Position numbers and translations under genes: made by a program. A model generated the notes under the pieces. The model ran no database searches and was not told where the DNA came from. It worked only from the letters and a program-made list of their open reading frames with translations. Of a stretch of 49,251 nucleotides of DNA, positions 47,451 to 49,251 are shown one piece after another. Within the stretch, counting starts at the first letter, position 1. Each line of letters begins with the position of its first letter. Source of the DNA: Nemertoderma westbladi (taxonomy: Eukaryota; Animalia; Xenacoelomorpha); the NCBI GenBank assembly GCA_032718475.1, contig JAUCBJ010008669.1, positions 1 to 49,251 on the forward strand. Reading direction: 5' to 3'.

Positions 47451-48048
47451 ACCAACATTTGGGGGGGGGCAACACAAGCCCCGAAGCCACATAGAAAGGA
47501 AGGTTAGAGGTCAAACCACCTCGGAGGGAACGCAGCTAGTACAGGCTAGCAGCAGAGGGGAAACACTCCCAGAGAGTGCCAGGGTGACAAGTAGCATATT
47601 AGCCAATAGAGGGGAGGGAAGCACGTGATAGGGGACAGGAAAGCATCCACTGGGTAGGAGGCCAAGGTAGAGTAGGAGGTGAAGCAATATTAGTGTATCA
47701 ATCATATATTATGTCAGATTCTTGGATTGGTACATCAGTTGGTTATTCAGTTTAGTGCAGACCAGTAAAAATTATTCACCGTCATTGGCTGTCATCGGCA
47801 CTATCATACCGGTATCCATTACATCTGTATTTCTGCCGTATTAATTGTGCTATCATTTCTAACATCAAGAAACAACATCAAACTCTTATTGTTTTTCTCC
47901 AATGGCCTCGGCCAAGCTGTTAGCACCATCCCAGAACAGAACGGTGACGCTTATAACAATTTACCTGGTCGGGATCTCTGATCCCGTCACAGTGAATAAT
48001 TGCCAACTGCTAAAACTGTGACTGCCAGACTTAGTAAAAGAGTAAAAG

Positions 48049-49251
48049 ATGAGCGAAGGAGAGCCCCAATTATCTGAGGGAGAGAGAACACTGCCGCGGA
48101 CCCCGGACGATACCAACCAAATGATCCATAAGGCCGCGACGAGACGGTATCGGTCAGTGATGGCAGATTCGCCGATCCGGTAGCCCAAGCGGAGGGCGGC
48201 CGTCAACCACGAGGGAGGGACGAGTCGACGCACGACGGCGGTCGGAGTACCGAAGTCGCCAGCCAGCCACAGGCCGAGGGCAACGGACGGCCCACCGGAA
48301 CGGCGACGGTGGGGCCGCCGGTACGACGCCGAACCAGGAGAGGTGGAGGAGTCGGCGAAGAGGACGTCGGGACGAGTGATCGGCTACGACGGGCCTACAA
48401 CGCCACCAAGAAGCTACTGAAGGAGGCCAGAGAGGGAGGAAAGGTAGATCAGCCTAAGTTACACCAAAGGCTAGGTGAGTCGAACAAACATTTCCGGTAT
48501 TTAGTCCTTTTTGGACAGGGAGAACTGGCGAGTGAGAGAGCGAGGGGGGTTGCCACCGAACTATTTGAACTGTGGTGATCCAGGATTATGGAGCCTGAAG
48601 TAGTGTACGTAGGGCCTTACTTAGTGGATGCTAGGGGAATTAAGTTAGTGGGTTGGGCGGTTCCGCACTAGGGTGAACCAGAGGTTAACCCCGAGGATTC
48701 GGTCTCGTCGGTTAGCGAGAACCCCAAAAAGCGGGGGAAAGTTAGTAGGACATAGAGGCGACGGGAGTCCGTCGCGACAGATAAGTCCGCTACATCCTCC
48801 GCGAAAGCAAGAAGGGTGTTGGAGATAGATCTGGCGTGTCAACTAGACATGGTGGTGCTAGACCAGAAAGAGTTAGAGAGGCAGCTGGACGAGGGAACTG
48901 CGTTATTAGAGAAAGAAAGAGTGTTAGCGAGGGAATGTAGAGAGAAAGCTGAGATGGTGGCGAGAAACTGTAGAGAGCGGGAAGAGAAATGAGCGCGAGG
49001 AGCGAGAGGCGAGAATAGAGAACGAGCGCAAAGAGCGAGAAGCGAGAGAGGTAGCGAGGGCAGAGAGAGAAACAAACGAGCGTAGAGAGCGAGAGGCGAG
49101 AGAGATAGAAATAGCGAACCAAAGTTTGCGAGAGGATAGAGAGAGAGAGAGAGAGCGGGAAAGCGTATGCGGGATGATATGCATACCCGGCTGAGGGGGC
49201 TTATGCAATATGAGGCTAAGCAAAATCGCCGATTAGAACTGGTGCAGTTGG
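48049..49251 (+). mobile_element. Degenerate gag/ORF1-like region with a GA-rich coiled-coil segment, runs off the right edge
   Basis: GC-rich, strand-biased, with stops and frameshifts (…KELERQLDEGTALLEKERVLARECREKAE…). It is preceded by a possible short TGT…ACA repeat (47712-47958) and TGG. Confidence 0.4.

Noticed and set aside
48790-49223. Leu/Ser-rich minus-strand ORFs resembling membrane proteins
   Set aside because: They are the antisense reading of a GA-rich low-complexity coiled-coil region.

Overview
AT-rich, transposon-dense DNA that looks like an invertebrate animal genome. There are spliceosomal GT-AG exons, C2H2 zinc fingers, LINEs, LTR elements and DNA transposons, and nothing prokaryotic. 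Three host-type genes are visible. (1) A small spliced gene for a Cys-rich, mucin-stalked, probably GPI-anchored surface protein (13912-16428). (2) A disabled PRDM9-type gene with the complete architecture: ancestral KRAB, SSXRD, zinc knuckle, PR/SET, post-SET finger and minisatellite-like C2H2 array (27659-31943). It reads as intronless once a 2.2-kb insertion is removed, and its zinc-finger array is fused directly to the 3' end of an RTE-type LINE, which suggests a chimeric retrocopy. (3) An intact 10-finger C2H2 gene with non-canonical linkers (45044-46309). The rest is nested mobile DNA. An LTR-type element has a 574-codon open gag-like ORF, missing from the ORF track, that runs off the left edge. 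It is interrupted by a 6.3-kb CACTA/EnSpm-like element carrying two different satellites, and a second, inverted, coding-less copy lies at 23.7-26.8 kb. Academ-, hAT-, pogo-, Harbinger- and Kolobok-like non-autonomous elements are present, several with readable TIRs and target-site duplications, along with RTE, CRE-like, CR1/L2 and Gypsy fossils. There is also a tRNA-headed element ending in a decayed minimal hammerhead ribozyme (38663-38767). All family assignments come from motifs read by eye; no database search was possible. TIR, TSD and splice coordinates were counted by hand, and fossil boundaries are approximate.
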